Origin: Phoronis australis
Taxonomy: Eukaryota > Animalia > Phoronida
Direction: 5' to 3'
DNA length: 64,000 bases
Assembly: GCA_002633005.1 (NCBI GenBank)
Contig: NMRA01000047.1
Location: 374,913-438,912, forward strand
Shown: piece after piece, positions 1-13,800 of the stretch
How the letters are laid out: each line of letters opens with the position of its first letter
Position numbering within the stretch: the stretch's first letter is position 1
Program-made: the position numbers and the translations under genes
The notes under the pieces: model-generated
Databases searched by the model: none
Told to the model about the DNA's origin: nothing
Seen by the model: the letters and a program-made list of their open reading frames with translations, nothing else

Positions 1-1272
1 CACCTTTAGTATTTTTACTCATAACGTAAAATTGCCGTGAGGAGTTGACAGGGACCTCAGGGGTTTCACACTCCACTGATTTATCCACAGTATTTTGAAA
101 ACGCTTTGCCCAGTCGCACATTGTGTGTCATAAAAGAGATAAGCATACCAGCAGCTGACGCAGCAAGTAAAACTACTCTCGTTTATCACATTGGTGTAGA
201 CTCACAGTTGATCTATGGTTTTCTGTAGACCCCAGACCGTCCCGAGTTGCACCACATACCAACTCGGGACGGTCTCTCACGACGATTAAGCGTTATGTAT
301 GAGGCCCATTTATATGTGAGGTGCTTTGTAGGTTCTGTACAACCCGAGGAAACTTGGGACATTTGGCCTAACAGATGGGGAATCAACAGAGCGTTTGTGG
401 TCCTATTTACGGCGATTCTCAAGAATAACGAAAGAGATGACTGCTTCTCACAGACAGGATGTTTTAGTAGATGCATTGATGTTTTATGGGGAACGCCTAA
501 GGTCTAGTTTTGGTAAGTCAGCAGGGTCTCATTTATGCGGATTAAGCACATTTTAGCATTCTCGGCACATAGGTGAGCCTTTGTCTGACAAAGAATATAT
601 TTGTTTAGTTTGAAGTTAATATTAAAATTAAAATGAATTTTCAAACATCATCAGTTGTTTACAATATAATACAAACCTTGTATTACTTATAAACTGGTAT
701 ATGTATTGTGTGGTGACTTTTATTGAACTCTGTCCTTGTGCGTCCACATATTTATGTGATTGTGCTCATTGTCGTCATCTCTGTCTGGGTGTCTGGCGTT
801 CGTAGCTGCATCTCCTACTTCCCTCACAGGATTGTAATGAAATTTTCCGACTGATCTCTGTGGTGCTATAGAGATCCAACAAGCGCTGTGCCTAGTGGCA
901 ATTTCATTTTTTCAGGTTCCATCTGTTTCTCTGAAGTTCCTTGGCAGTTTTTTATGAAATTTAAGAAATAGCTTTCTTTTTAAGAAACAACATCTTTTGC
1001 TTTTGGTTGGATTTGGCATATTTTGTGACATTTAGTGGCTATTTTATAATGCAAATGAGCACCCCTAGATGCTAAATGTTCGCTGAGCATTCTTAGGTGC
1101 ATTTCAATGCTCTGCGTTGCTTTTGTTAATAATATGGAATGTGCCCAATACTCTTTCTTTGATTTTTCTGAAACTTGTTCAATGAAAGTTTTTATTCATA
1201 TTCTAATAAAAGATCTACTATCTAATATTCATCTGTGTGCTTTAACTTTTGTACTCATTGCTTGTTTCTCAG

Positions 1273-3057
1273 GTAAGGGCTTGTCATCTAAACTGCAAAA
1301 GGCACAAGATACTCAAGCATTGTATGATTCAGAGCTGAGACAGTTGGCAAGTCTTGTACCAGGTACACCATTGCTTATCAGTTGTGGGTTTGTAAAAACT
1401 TAATTGTTTTTTATACACTTGGAAGTTTTTACTGTGTTTTCAGGTATGTATAAAATCTAATGCTGCATGTTTTATGGGCAATTGCCATCAGTGTTTCCCT
1501 TGTACAAGTTTAATAGTAAGAACGAGCTCAGAGAAGGAGACACCTCTCCAATGCTCAATTGTCAGCCATTAAAACCAAGATTCAAACCCATGTTTCCCAA
1601 ATGGGAGCCTAGAGCTCAAACCACTGGGCCGCACTGTCTAATCATTGAGAGTTGGTATCCTCATGCTCATAAATGTGTTAACAAATTTCTTCATTGAGTA
1701 ACGATTTTTCAGGAGGTGTCACTAGTGAACAAGCTGAGCAATGGCACGAAAATGCAAGGCAGTTCCATTTGAACAGTCATGGAACACGTTTAGGTATATA
1801 TTTTTAACAGTAAACCCCTACCTGAAAGCATCGTAACTTAAAAATCGTCTGTAATTTATCTTAAATTTTACTTAAAGCAAATTTGTATTGTGTTCCACAA
1901 AACTGAGATAATATCTATTCTTATCTTAACTTTAAAACAGCTCAATCTTATCTTAAGTTTGCCTTAACTAACTTAAGAATATGTGTTCTGCTTTTGCCAT
2001 CAAAGTGAAAAAGAAAGGTTACATTATAATTTTTGTTTAAAGGATTTAAGATGGCATGATAACTTGTACCTTAATGCATGTTATCTAGTGACTCACTTGG
2101 GGAAAAATACTGTTAGTGACATGACAATCATGCACACTGTGTTCAGAAAATTGTAAGATGTGATTTTATTATAATGATTAATAGAACTGTCAAAAGTTAA
2201 ATAACTTGTATTTTCACAATTCAGGTACAGAATCAAAACACAGTCGAATGTTGGTTGACATCCAAAAACTCTGTCACGAGAGGACATACCTTCTTTCACT
2301 TAAGAAAAAGTATGCTGGTAAGTATTATTTACACCACTTGTATATTCGCTCTTGTTTATGTTGACATTGTGTATCTTTTTATAACATTTTGGACACGTGA
2401 TTCGTTGTCATGTAATTGAACAAAAGCTCAAGTGCAAAATTAAGCTTCTATGACATGGTTCTTTCAGATGGCCAAACAATAGCAATGAGGTTGACCAAAC
2501 AATTGACTAAAACGATGAAGTGCCTGCGAAAGAGAATCTGTGACTACAATAACCTGGAGCAAGATGTGTCCGGAAAGTATCCCAAAAAAATTCAAGAAGA
2601 TACCGTTTTCAACCATGGCAACACTCTATGGGCTCTGATTAGTGATGAGACCTCTGTTTTAGGGGATGGGCTGCAGCAGTTGAAGGCTGATGTAGTGAAT
2701 GCACATCTGTACAAATTGCGTGCTACAGAAGAAATAATACTACTTAAGGATGAAATGAGGCGCGTGAAATACTTTTATGTTTTGGAACATGAGAAAGCAT
2801 TTGAAGAAGCCCAGCGGTATAAGAACCAAGGTGATGAAGCACAGGCATCTATGTGGTTGAACAAATGTATGAGGTTAGAGTTGAGATTGCAAACTCTTGC
2901 ACATCAGCTTAACGACAACAGTGGCCACCCCAGTATTTTGATTGATGCCATTGAAACTGTGATTGAAAGGTCAAAACTGAATATAGTAGACTGTGAAGAT
3001 GTACTTGAGAATGATGAAGAAGAATCAAGTGACAATAGTGGGGATGAGGATTGTTGA
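1273..3057 (+). CDS. C-terminal exons of a probable KDZ (Kyakuja-Dileera-Zisupton)-type transposase; 5'-partial
   Basis: Four phase-1-joined exons with canonical ag/gt: 1273-1362 (KGLSSKLQKAQDTQALYDSELRQLASLVP), 1713-1793 (GVTSEQAEQWHENARQFHLNSHGTRL), 2225-2317 (TESKHSRMLVDIQKLCHERTYLLSLKKKYA), 2468-3057 (DGQTIAMRLTKQLTK...KLRATEEIILLKDEMRR...acidic tail, TGA). The motifs KKYADGQxIAxRL and RAxEExxLLxxEM match my recollection of the helical C-terminus of animal KDZ-family proteins; no catalytic core is in the window. AATAAA at 3925-3930. Confidence 0.65.
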
Positions 3058-5068
3058 TGCACATAATTAATCACCATTCATCAGTGTGTAATTACTGGAT
3101 CTGACACTCAGTTTGAAGTAAAAAGTTGCCATTGTAATGGTGAATAAAAATGTTTTCATCTGTCAAATGCCAGAAAGTAAACCTCTGTGTGATAGGCATG
3201 TTAACAAAATTCAAACTTTGATAATAGTCACTTACAAGATTATGTCTTTGGAGAACCAGCATTCTCCTCTGAGTAATGGGCATTAAACTGGTTCTCAACA
3301 TTCGGGGACCCTTGTAAGTGGCTGTTGCCCAGTCTTTGTGCTTAACCTTCGCCATCTGTTCTTTCACGTGTATATTCTTTGGAATTTTTTTAACTCCATG
3401 TGCACTCTGTACTTGAAAATGTGGTACCATATTTCATTGTTTTAAATGACTACAAACCAGCTGATGTCAGGAAAAAATTCGCCATGTGTCTTAATCATTT
3501 TGGAATTGGAGATGTTAATTATTCCCCAGTATGGTTTGGAATTTTTGGAACCGTTGTAAGTCAAGAGTGTATTCCACACACAATAGACCTTTTGATTACT
3601 GCAAGTCCAGTTGGCCTGTTAAACAAAAGGGTCTGTGGTCGTGGCTGAGAAGAGGAAGTGTTTTAATGTCCCCTGTGGATCAGTGAATAACCAAACCCAT
3701 TATTTCAGACTTTAATTCACGTATTCTGAAACAGTAATTTCTTAATTGGGCATTGGGAAGTGGAAAAGTGTTTTGCTGTTAATAAGTCTGTATAGTTAAC
3801 CATTTCTTGTTTATTGTGACAGAGACTTTATGATGTGCTAGGCAGCGTTGTGTGTTTTCTCTGTTTCCTCGAAAACCCGTATTTGTGAACGTTGATGTTA
3901 TACATAAAATAATCTTTGTATTGAAATAAAAGTTATATTGAACACGTCAAAGTGATAATCATAACTTACAAAACATATCCATCCATTTCCGCAAGAGTAA
4001 TTTAACTCCCTGAGAATCAGCCGTATAAATTATTAGAAAAATACTTGTGTAAAATGTAAATTTGTTAGTTTTGCAATTGTCTTGCCGGCTAGCGTGGTGT
4101 GCCTACGACCGGTAAGACTTAGATAAAGAATGTAGAATTTTGAGAGAAAACCAAAACACGTCTTATCTTGAAAAGAAGTTCGGCTGAAACTCCTCAAACG
4201 CTGAAAATCAAACGCTGCATCAAATGCGATACACTAAAAATTAATCAATGAGAATTTGCCACAAACGCCTATAAACGTCATACACCACTGTTGACATCAA
4301 GCTTAAGTAACAGCTGAAAACCTAAACAAAGTTCGAGGACTCCAGTTACATTATGTAAATACGTGACAATTGTTTGCGTCTTAGTTATTGAAAGTCTCTC
4401 TCAATTGATATTTGACCAAAGAAATATATTTTCATGTTTGTAATGTGGAAGGCAAAACACTAAATTTCAAGAAAACCAGCATCTAGGTTGCATATTTGAC
4501 CTGGAAAGATTGAGAATTTAAAGCCTCGGCTTGTAAGTTATTTTAAACTTTGTGTTCGAAACGATGCAAAGATTTTATTTGGTTGTTATGGTTCAGTGCC
4601 TTAGGTTTTCAGTCTTGAATTCGATCTCTCATACCGAGTTTGAGATATTAAACCGTTTTTTAAGCTTGATTTTTTTGCTGTTAAATTCTTCGTCGTCACA
4701 TTTTACTGGCGTTTACTATAACTTTGATTGCTGTTATTCTCATTAAATTTTGGTTAGTTTCCTAACAACAAGCTCCTACCACCGGCAAGTCAGAACGTAC
4801 GTCCTACCTTTTTACACATTTTGCTTAAGCATGAGTGCCACATGTCTCAAAACTGGCTTCCTCCAATTGTCATTTTCTTCTTTATGGTAACATTTAAGCG
4901 GTTAACCGTAATTTAGGCCGTAATACTGGGTTGGGTCTGCTTTTGGCGGTTTCCTCTTTATTTCTTTGTTTTATTCGTTTTGCAATAAAATCTTCAGTTG
5001 CATGTTTCGACTTTTGACGGTTTTACCCATTAATGATGAATACATTAGTATGTAGACATTTCCGCCCG

Positions 5069-5180
5069 GCAGTGCTGTAGTGGTAAAATTAGAGGTAAGT
5101 AGGCGCCCAACCCATCGCATCGCCTTGAGCGCTGAATTTTAATAGTACATTGAACTCGCAAAAAACTTGATTCGCAAACA
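5069..5180. mobile_element. Partial copy of the same hAT-type MITE family
   Basis: CAGTGCTGTAGTGGTAAAATTAGAGGTAAGTAGGCGCCCAACCC resembles the reverse complement of 24155-24205. Confidence 0.6.
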
Positions 5181-7867
5181 TGCACATACGTAGGCCTACT
5201 TTGTGACTCACGAGTGGCCATTTACATAGAGTCTGCATTGGCGGATCTGGTATGTCGGAGAAAGAGGGTCCCGAACCACACATTTTCGCAAAGCAGAGAT
5301 CCATGTGCATTCCAAGCGGTCTCTGAAGGGGCCCAAGCACAATTGTAACGCCCAGAAATTATTTGAAGGTGGACATTTTTAGTCGCCCGTCGGGTGTGTC
5401 CTCGGGGCCCTTCGCCACCCGTTCCCCTTTATCCACCTATGCTGGGACACCATAACTGTTTCTTTATCTTGAAACTATCTTGAAACATTGATAAAAAATT
5501 CCGTTTCTCGGTGAGCGTACATGTATGACTGGTGGTCGCGCGCCCAAATGTCTTCAGCGTAGCGCATTGATGCCGTAAGCATCGTATCGAGACCCCTACT
5601 CCTCACTATACCGTTACTTACGGTACTTAGACGTTACTTTAAAACGTAAAAAGGTGGTTGGCTGCAACTATGTGCGCTTATGCCCCACTATACCGTAACT
5701 GCGCCGATTCATAAATGGACTGCAATTGAATCCAGAGCTGTACGCATGCATGTGTAATAAAAGTGTAGAAGTTTCCCATTTCAGGCAGAGCGTGTAACGC
5801 AAGCTACAGGCTTTGGATAATGTTTCCATTCGTTTTGGACAATAAGGGAAGCTTTTAAATCATCACACTGCTTTGTAACATTTCACACGTTGTTCAAAGG
5901 TCTGCTAAAAATTATTGTCATCGCAAAAATTATGCGGCCACTTAACTCCAACTGACCAAGCATTTCACTCCCAGATGGTCACCTGACCACGGTTTTCTCA
6001 TCGACTAGGGCGGGTTTTTTCGTTTCTAACCATTCCATTAGTGTCTGGTTTATTTTTGAAGCCCGTTACCAAACGTACCAATTTTCCGATACTAACTTTT
6101 TCTAACATATTCTGATGTGAGGAAATAATCGAACACACATTTTTTTCTCTCGCTTTGTGCGATTTTCTATGCTTTTTGAACTAGAATCAGGCGACTCAGG
6201 ATTGCCGCTATTTTCTACTTCTGTAGTCTTAGTACTTTTCTCGCATGTGAGTAGACAAGATCGGTGATTGTGAAATGTCTTAACTATAAAGTATTAATTG
6301 ATTTCATTACTGATTATAGTTATTTAAACATTTAAACATTAAAATATAAGAACGAAGAAAAACATTTTCAACATTTATTTCCAAGTACATCTGAAGATCT
6401 TGAAAATCAGTGTACACCAATAATCACAAAAACAAAGACCTTCACTAAATAATCACATTTTTGCTAGAAAGTGAACCATATCCAAGTAATAACTATGGCT
6501 ACTCATGAACCATTTCAACCACCACGTTATTGTTTGTCAAAAAACGGTAGTACAAGACATAACATAGCTAATAAAACTGAGAGAAGTTGTTTGAGAAGAA
6601 TATTTATGATCAAGGTAACATTTACAATCTACACCAATATCAAATAGGCTACTACTTTGTACAAAACACATACCCTATTCGAAGATTACATGCAAACACC
6701 ATTCAGCACTTACAAATATGAATGAAGTCACATTTCATAGAAAAAAATGATCATTGTTTTAATCAGTTAAAAGGTCTATTACAGAATATAGTCTCATAGT
6801 ACAAACAATTTGTTGCATTCAGTTTTAAGCCAGGTGCATAATTGGGGCTTGGAGAAATCGCATAACATGAGCCAGAAAATCTGCACCAAATAATAATAAT
6901 GGATAAACATAAAACAGGGATTAGACACTTACCTATGACACCATGAACCAATTGTATTACATCAGGAAAAGTTCACTGATATTTTTCAAACCTACTTTTA
7001 TAGCCCTAACATTGGCAAGGTGTGTGTCAAAAGATGAAATTACCCAATTCTTCAATTTCTAAGAAGCCATGAAATATATATTGTTGGCACTTAAAATGTC
7101 ATGTCTTGTGTACCCACTCTGCAGTTGAAACTGGTACATCATCGAGATTTCTACAGTTTTAATAATTGGGAAATACAGTAGCTTATTTCAGGAAGCATAA
7201 TGGACAAAAATCGCCACCAGAAGACCTCACGATTGTCACACCCTTCCAAAAATCAATGCCTATTTGGCAAACTTCCTGGAAATCCACCGATGAACTTTGA
7301 AAACACAGAGGCAAACGTGAACATTTAAACTGCAATTAGAGGACACTGAGATACGCCAATGGGTCCAAAACTTGTCATAAAATTTTGTCACCTCTGAAGG
7401 TGCATGTTTGCCAAATTTCAGAAAGATCCTACAAAAAGTTAAGGATTGAGGAACAGAAATGCCAAATGTGGCGCCAAAGTACCGGAACCAGTTCGAATAC
7501 CAACGTCAGCCACGCGATTCTCATCAGAAAAACATGTGCCAACTTTAACAGTCCTCCAAATAGTTTTACAGAAAGGGAAACGCCAAAAAAGAAACGGTCT
7601 CAAAATTACAAAAACGTCCACTAAGGTGGCATAGAACCGTTGATTAGACGTCCGAAAATTCCGTCACCTTAACAGTAGAAACCTATCTGCCAAAATTTAA
7701 CAAAATCGATCTAAGAATTATGAAAATACAGAGGTAACTGAAAAAAATTCAAATTGCCACTATGAGGCACTGCAGTTAAGGAGATAGAACAGCAGATGGT
7801 TGGACAAACATGACAGTAATATGCACTCACATACAAGTACGTGGACTGGGGAAATAACAACAACAAC

Positions 7868-10800
7868 TTATGAAGACAAGTTTGGGAAATGAGACTCAAT
7901 AACATCTTTTAAGTTTTCATATGGCTCGAATGTCACTTCCCCAGTCTCCCACAGCACCTCTGCTTGTTTTTCGCCATCTTTAGTAATACGCATACTTAGA
8001 ACATCCTTTACAATCCAAAGTTTCTGCTTTTTTGGTTTCTTTTTTTGCTGGCGGGTTTTCTTTCGTTTCTTTTTTGAGTCTGTAACAGAATTTACAACAT
8101 CCATGAAAACACATAATTGTTGATTACTGAAGCAATAAAGTCAGAAAAAAATTAATGATCACCATTTGGTAACTGAGGTTGTCTCAATTCTAGAAAGCCA
8201 TTCAAACGAATGAGCTGTTGAGACATTCATTCAATGAAACCACATCCTGAATTCCATTTGTGGATAAACGAAAATTGGATTGTACAATTGACCGAGTTCT
8301 CAAAAGTCAGGGCCACTATCGCACACTTTTGAGCTTAGTCAGAATAATAAGCAGCTTTTAATTTTGTGTAGGCATGGCAATTTTGTGAGCAACAGTGAAA
8401 CATTGTTGACCTTTCAATGACTAGAAAAGAAGGAAAAAGATGAAGATGCACAGAATACATGGTAATTGGTCCATTTGAACAAATCACCAGAGCTAACACA
8501 CGACCAATGTTATTAATCAACAGGTTCTTTGAGAAAGAAATTTAAGATTAAGCATCACCTTTAACTTCCACCATGTGCACATCTCCTCTCTCCATCATCT
8601 TAAATATGTCCACTGTAAAAAAAAAAAAACATCACATGCTTAAGTACCAAAATTTAACAAAGCAGGTATTCCACCTATTCAATCTTTTATATAGTATATG
8701 AGTTATACTTGTTTGTCTTACTCCTCAAACTTTTTATTTAAAAATTATCAATTTTTCTTACATGTGTTAACACCAGTTTAGTGTTGCATAACTTTTCAAT
8801 TCAATAGGACTGCTGACACACAGTTGGCTCAAATCAAGTTGCCCATGACTTGATTAATGGCTTAGTGAACATAATGCACCCTGTTCACTGGCAGGAACGA
8901 CCACCCATAATTTGAGTTTTTTTCTGAAGACCACCACCCATGAATTTTTATTTCTACTGCCGTCCCCCCCCCTCCCACACGGATTTTACTGGAACAGCCC
9001 TAAGCACCACTGGCAACCCCAGATTTTATTACCAACCTGGCATTTTTAGTTTTGGCAACCTCTGAGGTTTTTGCCAAGCCACCCAATGGGACTTGGCATT
9101 AAGTTAAGTGAAATCCCAGGACACCGCATAAAGTCCAGGGTAGCTGATTCTGCATACAATTCGGCTGACAAAAAAAGACAAGGGGTAAGGTCGAACTATT
9201 GTAATGTGCCCCACAGTATATTACAAGTACCTCCCAAATTCTCCCAGTTAGTGTACATTCAGCTCAGGTAATTATTGTATGACTTTGATACTCGTATTGA
9301 CGACTTTGTGTCAACTTGGTCCCGAACACATTCTGAGGTCGCACATTCACTTGTTACCGTTGCTAGGGCAAAAAGTCAAAATAGATCTTCGTCTGGTAAA
9401 TTTGATTATTTGTTTCGCAGCCTATATCTATTTTAAAGAATAAAAAAATACATTTTTCATATCAATTTCTTTCAAACCTTAATAAAATCTTACTTAATAA
9501 GATTCTTATTAGTTTTCGACTTCAGATTAGGGTTTTCTGAGAACTGAGAAGTGAAAACTTACTCGCAGTTTCAACCTCTACAAGAGGTGTCTCACTCACA
9601 CGCTCAATTAGTGGATGTGATCGAACACCTTCTTGTGCATGTGGGACATCGTGCCAAGTCTGTTCCTCAACCACTGGATGCTCTTGTGCAACTTCTTGTG
9701 CATGTGGGACATCGTGCAAAGTCTGGTGCTCTTGAGTCTCCTCCTGTTGGAGTCTGTAAAGTTAAACCAGACAGCCTCAGAACATGGTGAATTGCTTCAA
9801 TATTCTTGAATAATTAACCTTTTTCAAACAACATTTCACAGGTTGCGTTGTATAGAAGCTCAAATATTCATTAAAAGCTCCCACCATGTGTAGTATACAA
9901 TGAAAGCCACTTACATACATTCAGCCATTTTGAAATTATAGTAAAATACTATTTCTGAAAAGGTCCATGTGCTTTAAGCTTGTGCAAGACCTTTAGAAGA
10001 ATTTTAGCCAACTTCAGAATATCATAAATGTACCTCAGTAGATGATGAACAGAATCTATGCCAGACACTATGTTATGTGCACTGTTATCCTAACCGCTGT
10101 GAAGAATTTTTTATAAAATGTTAAACTTTTGCATGACGGGCAATGAAAAGACAAGACTTGAACATTTATATCATACGAAATTTGGTCATGTAATTGACCC
10201 TGTTGTTTTGTTATGAATGTATGTTTCTTTTTTCTGGTAAATATGGTAAAAAGCATGGTCATGACAGTTTATGTCAGATTGGTATAAATTCAACAATTAA
10301 ATTCTACAGAATTTCCTCTTGCAGAGTTAACTTTTGTATACAGTATACTTTTGAAGACTGTAGGCTAAATGTAAACTTGTCAATGAGGCCCTACTTAGCC
10401 TTATAACAAACATGTTGAACAAACCCCGACCAAGTTAGATTTACTCATAGCTCTTAGTTAAACTATAAGCACATAATTGATAGTTATACCTCGTCACCCT
10501 AAGTACAAGTCCTGTCTTCTTGTGGAAATCTAGAATTTCCTTCAATCGGGTCAAGCTGTAGTAGTCTGGTTTTCTCAAAACTAAGCCTGGCATATTGGTT
10601 TCAACAACTATTTTGCCTTCCCTAACATTTTGGTAAGGTAGTCGTGAAGACTTTCCCACAGCAGTTGCTACAAAGAAAAATTTAACTGGTTTAAGCACAT
10701 ATTTTTAATGGAACAACACAGGAAATAGATTAACTCCACAACTAATATTTATTCGGCTAACCTAACACGTGTGCACCAGGGCCCAGGATTGCAGTCAAGT

Positions 10801-13800
10801 TTACATAACCATTTAAGTAAAAATATTCACCATAGTGTAAGCAAACATTTGATCTGGTGCAAATTTCCCCTAAGCTTACATGAAAATTAATTTTTTATGT
10901 TCATATAAAGCTAACTTTGTAAAATGAAGAATAGAGTGTACTTTTGAATGTCTTTTGATTGTTTAAACAAAAGTTTAATACTGCATCATTTAAAACCTTC
11001 TGAGGGTGTATATTTGTATCACAAAAATGGCCATCAGATGGCACGAAATTCATTAAACCCATTCGAAACTGGGAAAGTGTAGTCGTCTGATAATAGAGTA
11101 TGATCCCATATCCAAGTGACTTAGTGTAACTGCATGTGTATGAGTTGTTCAGAGAATTAAGCGTTATGTAATACATCCCCAAGTTAGTCATGAGGAATTG
11201 TAGTAAACATGTTTGTATGGTATATCCTGTTATTATTCATGTATGTAAGTGTATGATCACATGGATTGTAACAGATTCAGTAGTATCAGTAGAAGAGTAT
11301 GAAATAAAACTATATTATCCTCCATCAGACTAGTATTATCCTTGGACCGCGTTCTCGCACTGTGTCGTGCATTCAACCTTCCTAACCGAACATAATGCCT
11401 TTCACTGCTAGAACACCAACATCATCTCTCAAAGTTATTTGTCAAGTAGTATGTAAATTCCGTTAAAGAACTCCAAAGATGCAAAGGTAAATGGAAAAAA
11501 GCTGCCGTTAGGAGCAGACAGATACAGAAGCAAAACACAAAAAACAGTTGATGCACAAAACAGAAAGATCCTGGTGTCTTCAAAATAGAAAATTGTTTGG
11601 CCAATTTCATGAAAAACATCAAGAAACCGAAGTTAAGATGCAAAAGTAAAAAGAAAAAAGACACTATGGAGCACAACTGTAGTTAGATTTGTCTGAAATG
11701 GCATCATCAGTTGCTGTGTCCTGTTTAATTTCAGGAGGGTCTTGCTGCGGTTAAGGAGATACAGCCATGGACGCAAAAACTTGGGATGGCACTACGGAGG
11801 CCATAGAAGTTCAAGACGGAAAATAAATGTCAGTCTCAATCTTTTTATCAGGAACATTATCTCCAAATGATAACGGGAAGATAAATATGTGGGTACATAG
11901 ATGTGATGGGTGAGTTAGGAAACCAAAACAGTGGAACAGGATTTGTTATATAGAGCACAAATTGGACACTGAGGTTTATCGTTATTGATTCTCTCATTAA
12001 TTTACAGTGACGAAGCTTTTGCAATAATATATTTTAACTTACAGTACAGATCATTTAGCAGATGGCGCAACTCCACCCTCAAGTCTTTAATTTGCACCGC
12101 TGTCTGGTTACTTTGACTGCCTGTAAATTGAAACAAATATTATGACAAATTAATGTATCGTTATTTCTCTAGAAAAATTAAAGACTATTCTACTGAACAT
12201 TTCAAAATAGATTTACTTAAACATTTCTAAACCCACTTAAAGATGAAAAGAGTGGTTTAACAACTCACATTAGACGGTTCAATAGTGAGTGCACTTAAAA
12301 GTAGGACAAAGGGACTGCATTGGGACAATTTCCTAAATAATAAACACCAAACCTCAATAACAGTTAAATATCCATTTTGAGACAACAAAAAATGACATGA
12401 ACCTTATTAGCATTGTAATCCTTATCCTACGCTAGCCGAGGTCAACCCACATGCCAATTAACATATTACAAATTGCCTTGGGTTTACTCAATGGACTATC
12501 ATAAGCTGCACCTGGGCTGCGCCAGGAGAGTGCACTCACCCCAGGAGACAAGTGATTTTCATTCAGAAATTGGGAGACCTATGGAATGTTGTTAAGATAT
12601 GTGAGCATACACATTCTATAGTTCACAGTTTCTGATTTAAAACATAAGGCTGTGTTTACTAGTTTGGGAGATGTTGGCAGGTTTATGTAAATATAGACAC
12701 ATAGTTCCATTATATGGCTGAAGCCAGACAGGACCTGGATGACAGTGGATCAGTTAACTTTCACTAGGGCTATGATGGAGATTTACATATGGTGAAAATC
12801 TCCATTAAATTCTGAACAACTTTTATGTCGGCTCCTTTTCTGTGAAATTTAAACATTTCCTCTTCAAATTTCCAATTTAAAATTCTTAGGTCATTAGTCT
12901 GGGTGAACTTCATAACAACTCAGTGTACAGCAGTAGTGGTGACCTACAGTACAGCCACTGAATTATTAGACTTCATCCGGGCTACCTCACGCCTAGCCAG
13001 ACCGGAGCTTAACCGGAGACAGACCAGAGAGTGAGGCGTGAATCAACCGTGACAGCTGGCGTGAGCCTAAGCGTGACTGTACCCGGAGCTTACCTTAAGT
13101 TAGGCGTGAACGAAGCGCGAGCCCGCCTTGAGCCAGGCGTGAGTTTCACTGCCTTGTCTAGAGTTGGAACAGTGTTTAATTGTTATCCTCACTCGTTTAG
13201 CGAACAAAATACTGTATCGTATTTTGAGTGGCATTTCTCATCGCTAGAATCATCTTAACTAGTACGCTATTCAAGTTGACTAGGACATTATTTAAGATTT
13301 AATTTAGGTTTGTCCGGACACACTACCAAGAGGGTCTATTTGTCTTGAACAAGTATATTACGACTAAATATATCGGCATTGTTTCGTTCAAGTTAGTGCT
13401 TGCAATTTAATATTAATTTCGCGACTAAGGAAGTGTTTGTGTTATGAGTGTGTACGTATGCTAGCAATGGAGGCAAAATGTACAGCACTGAAAGTGACAC
13501 GAATACGTGTTTAGATAATATCTTATTATAATGAGTAGCTTTGCATTTAGATAAACACCGTAGGCCTAGTGGAGCTATGAAATATGAACAAGAAGCCCAG
13601 ATCATCTAACAAACGGCAGTAAAATGCGAGCATGCATGCATGCAGAAAAGAGTAGTGCGAAGACTATCAATTAAATAATAATACCACTACTGCTACTACT
13701 AATGATATTACAGGTTAAAGAAATACTGATTGTAACTATAATAGTAAGTATACTAGTAAGAACTACAGTATCAACTTTATTGCAGACACACAAGTACATG

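Noticed and set aside
3092-3648. ORFs of 112 and 82 aa after the transposase stop
   Set aside because: No recognisable motif or splice logic; probably 3' UTR.
4101-4125. GCCTACGACC, like the 5' end of 5S rRNA
   Set aside because: Similarity stops after 10 nt; no internal control region or terminator.
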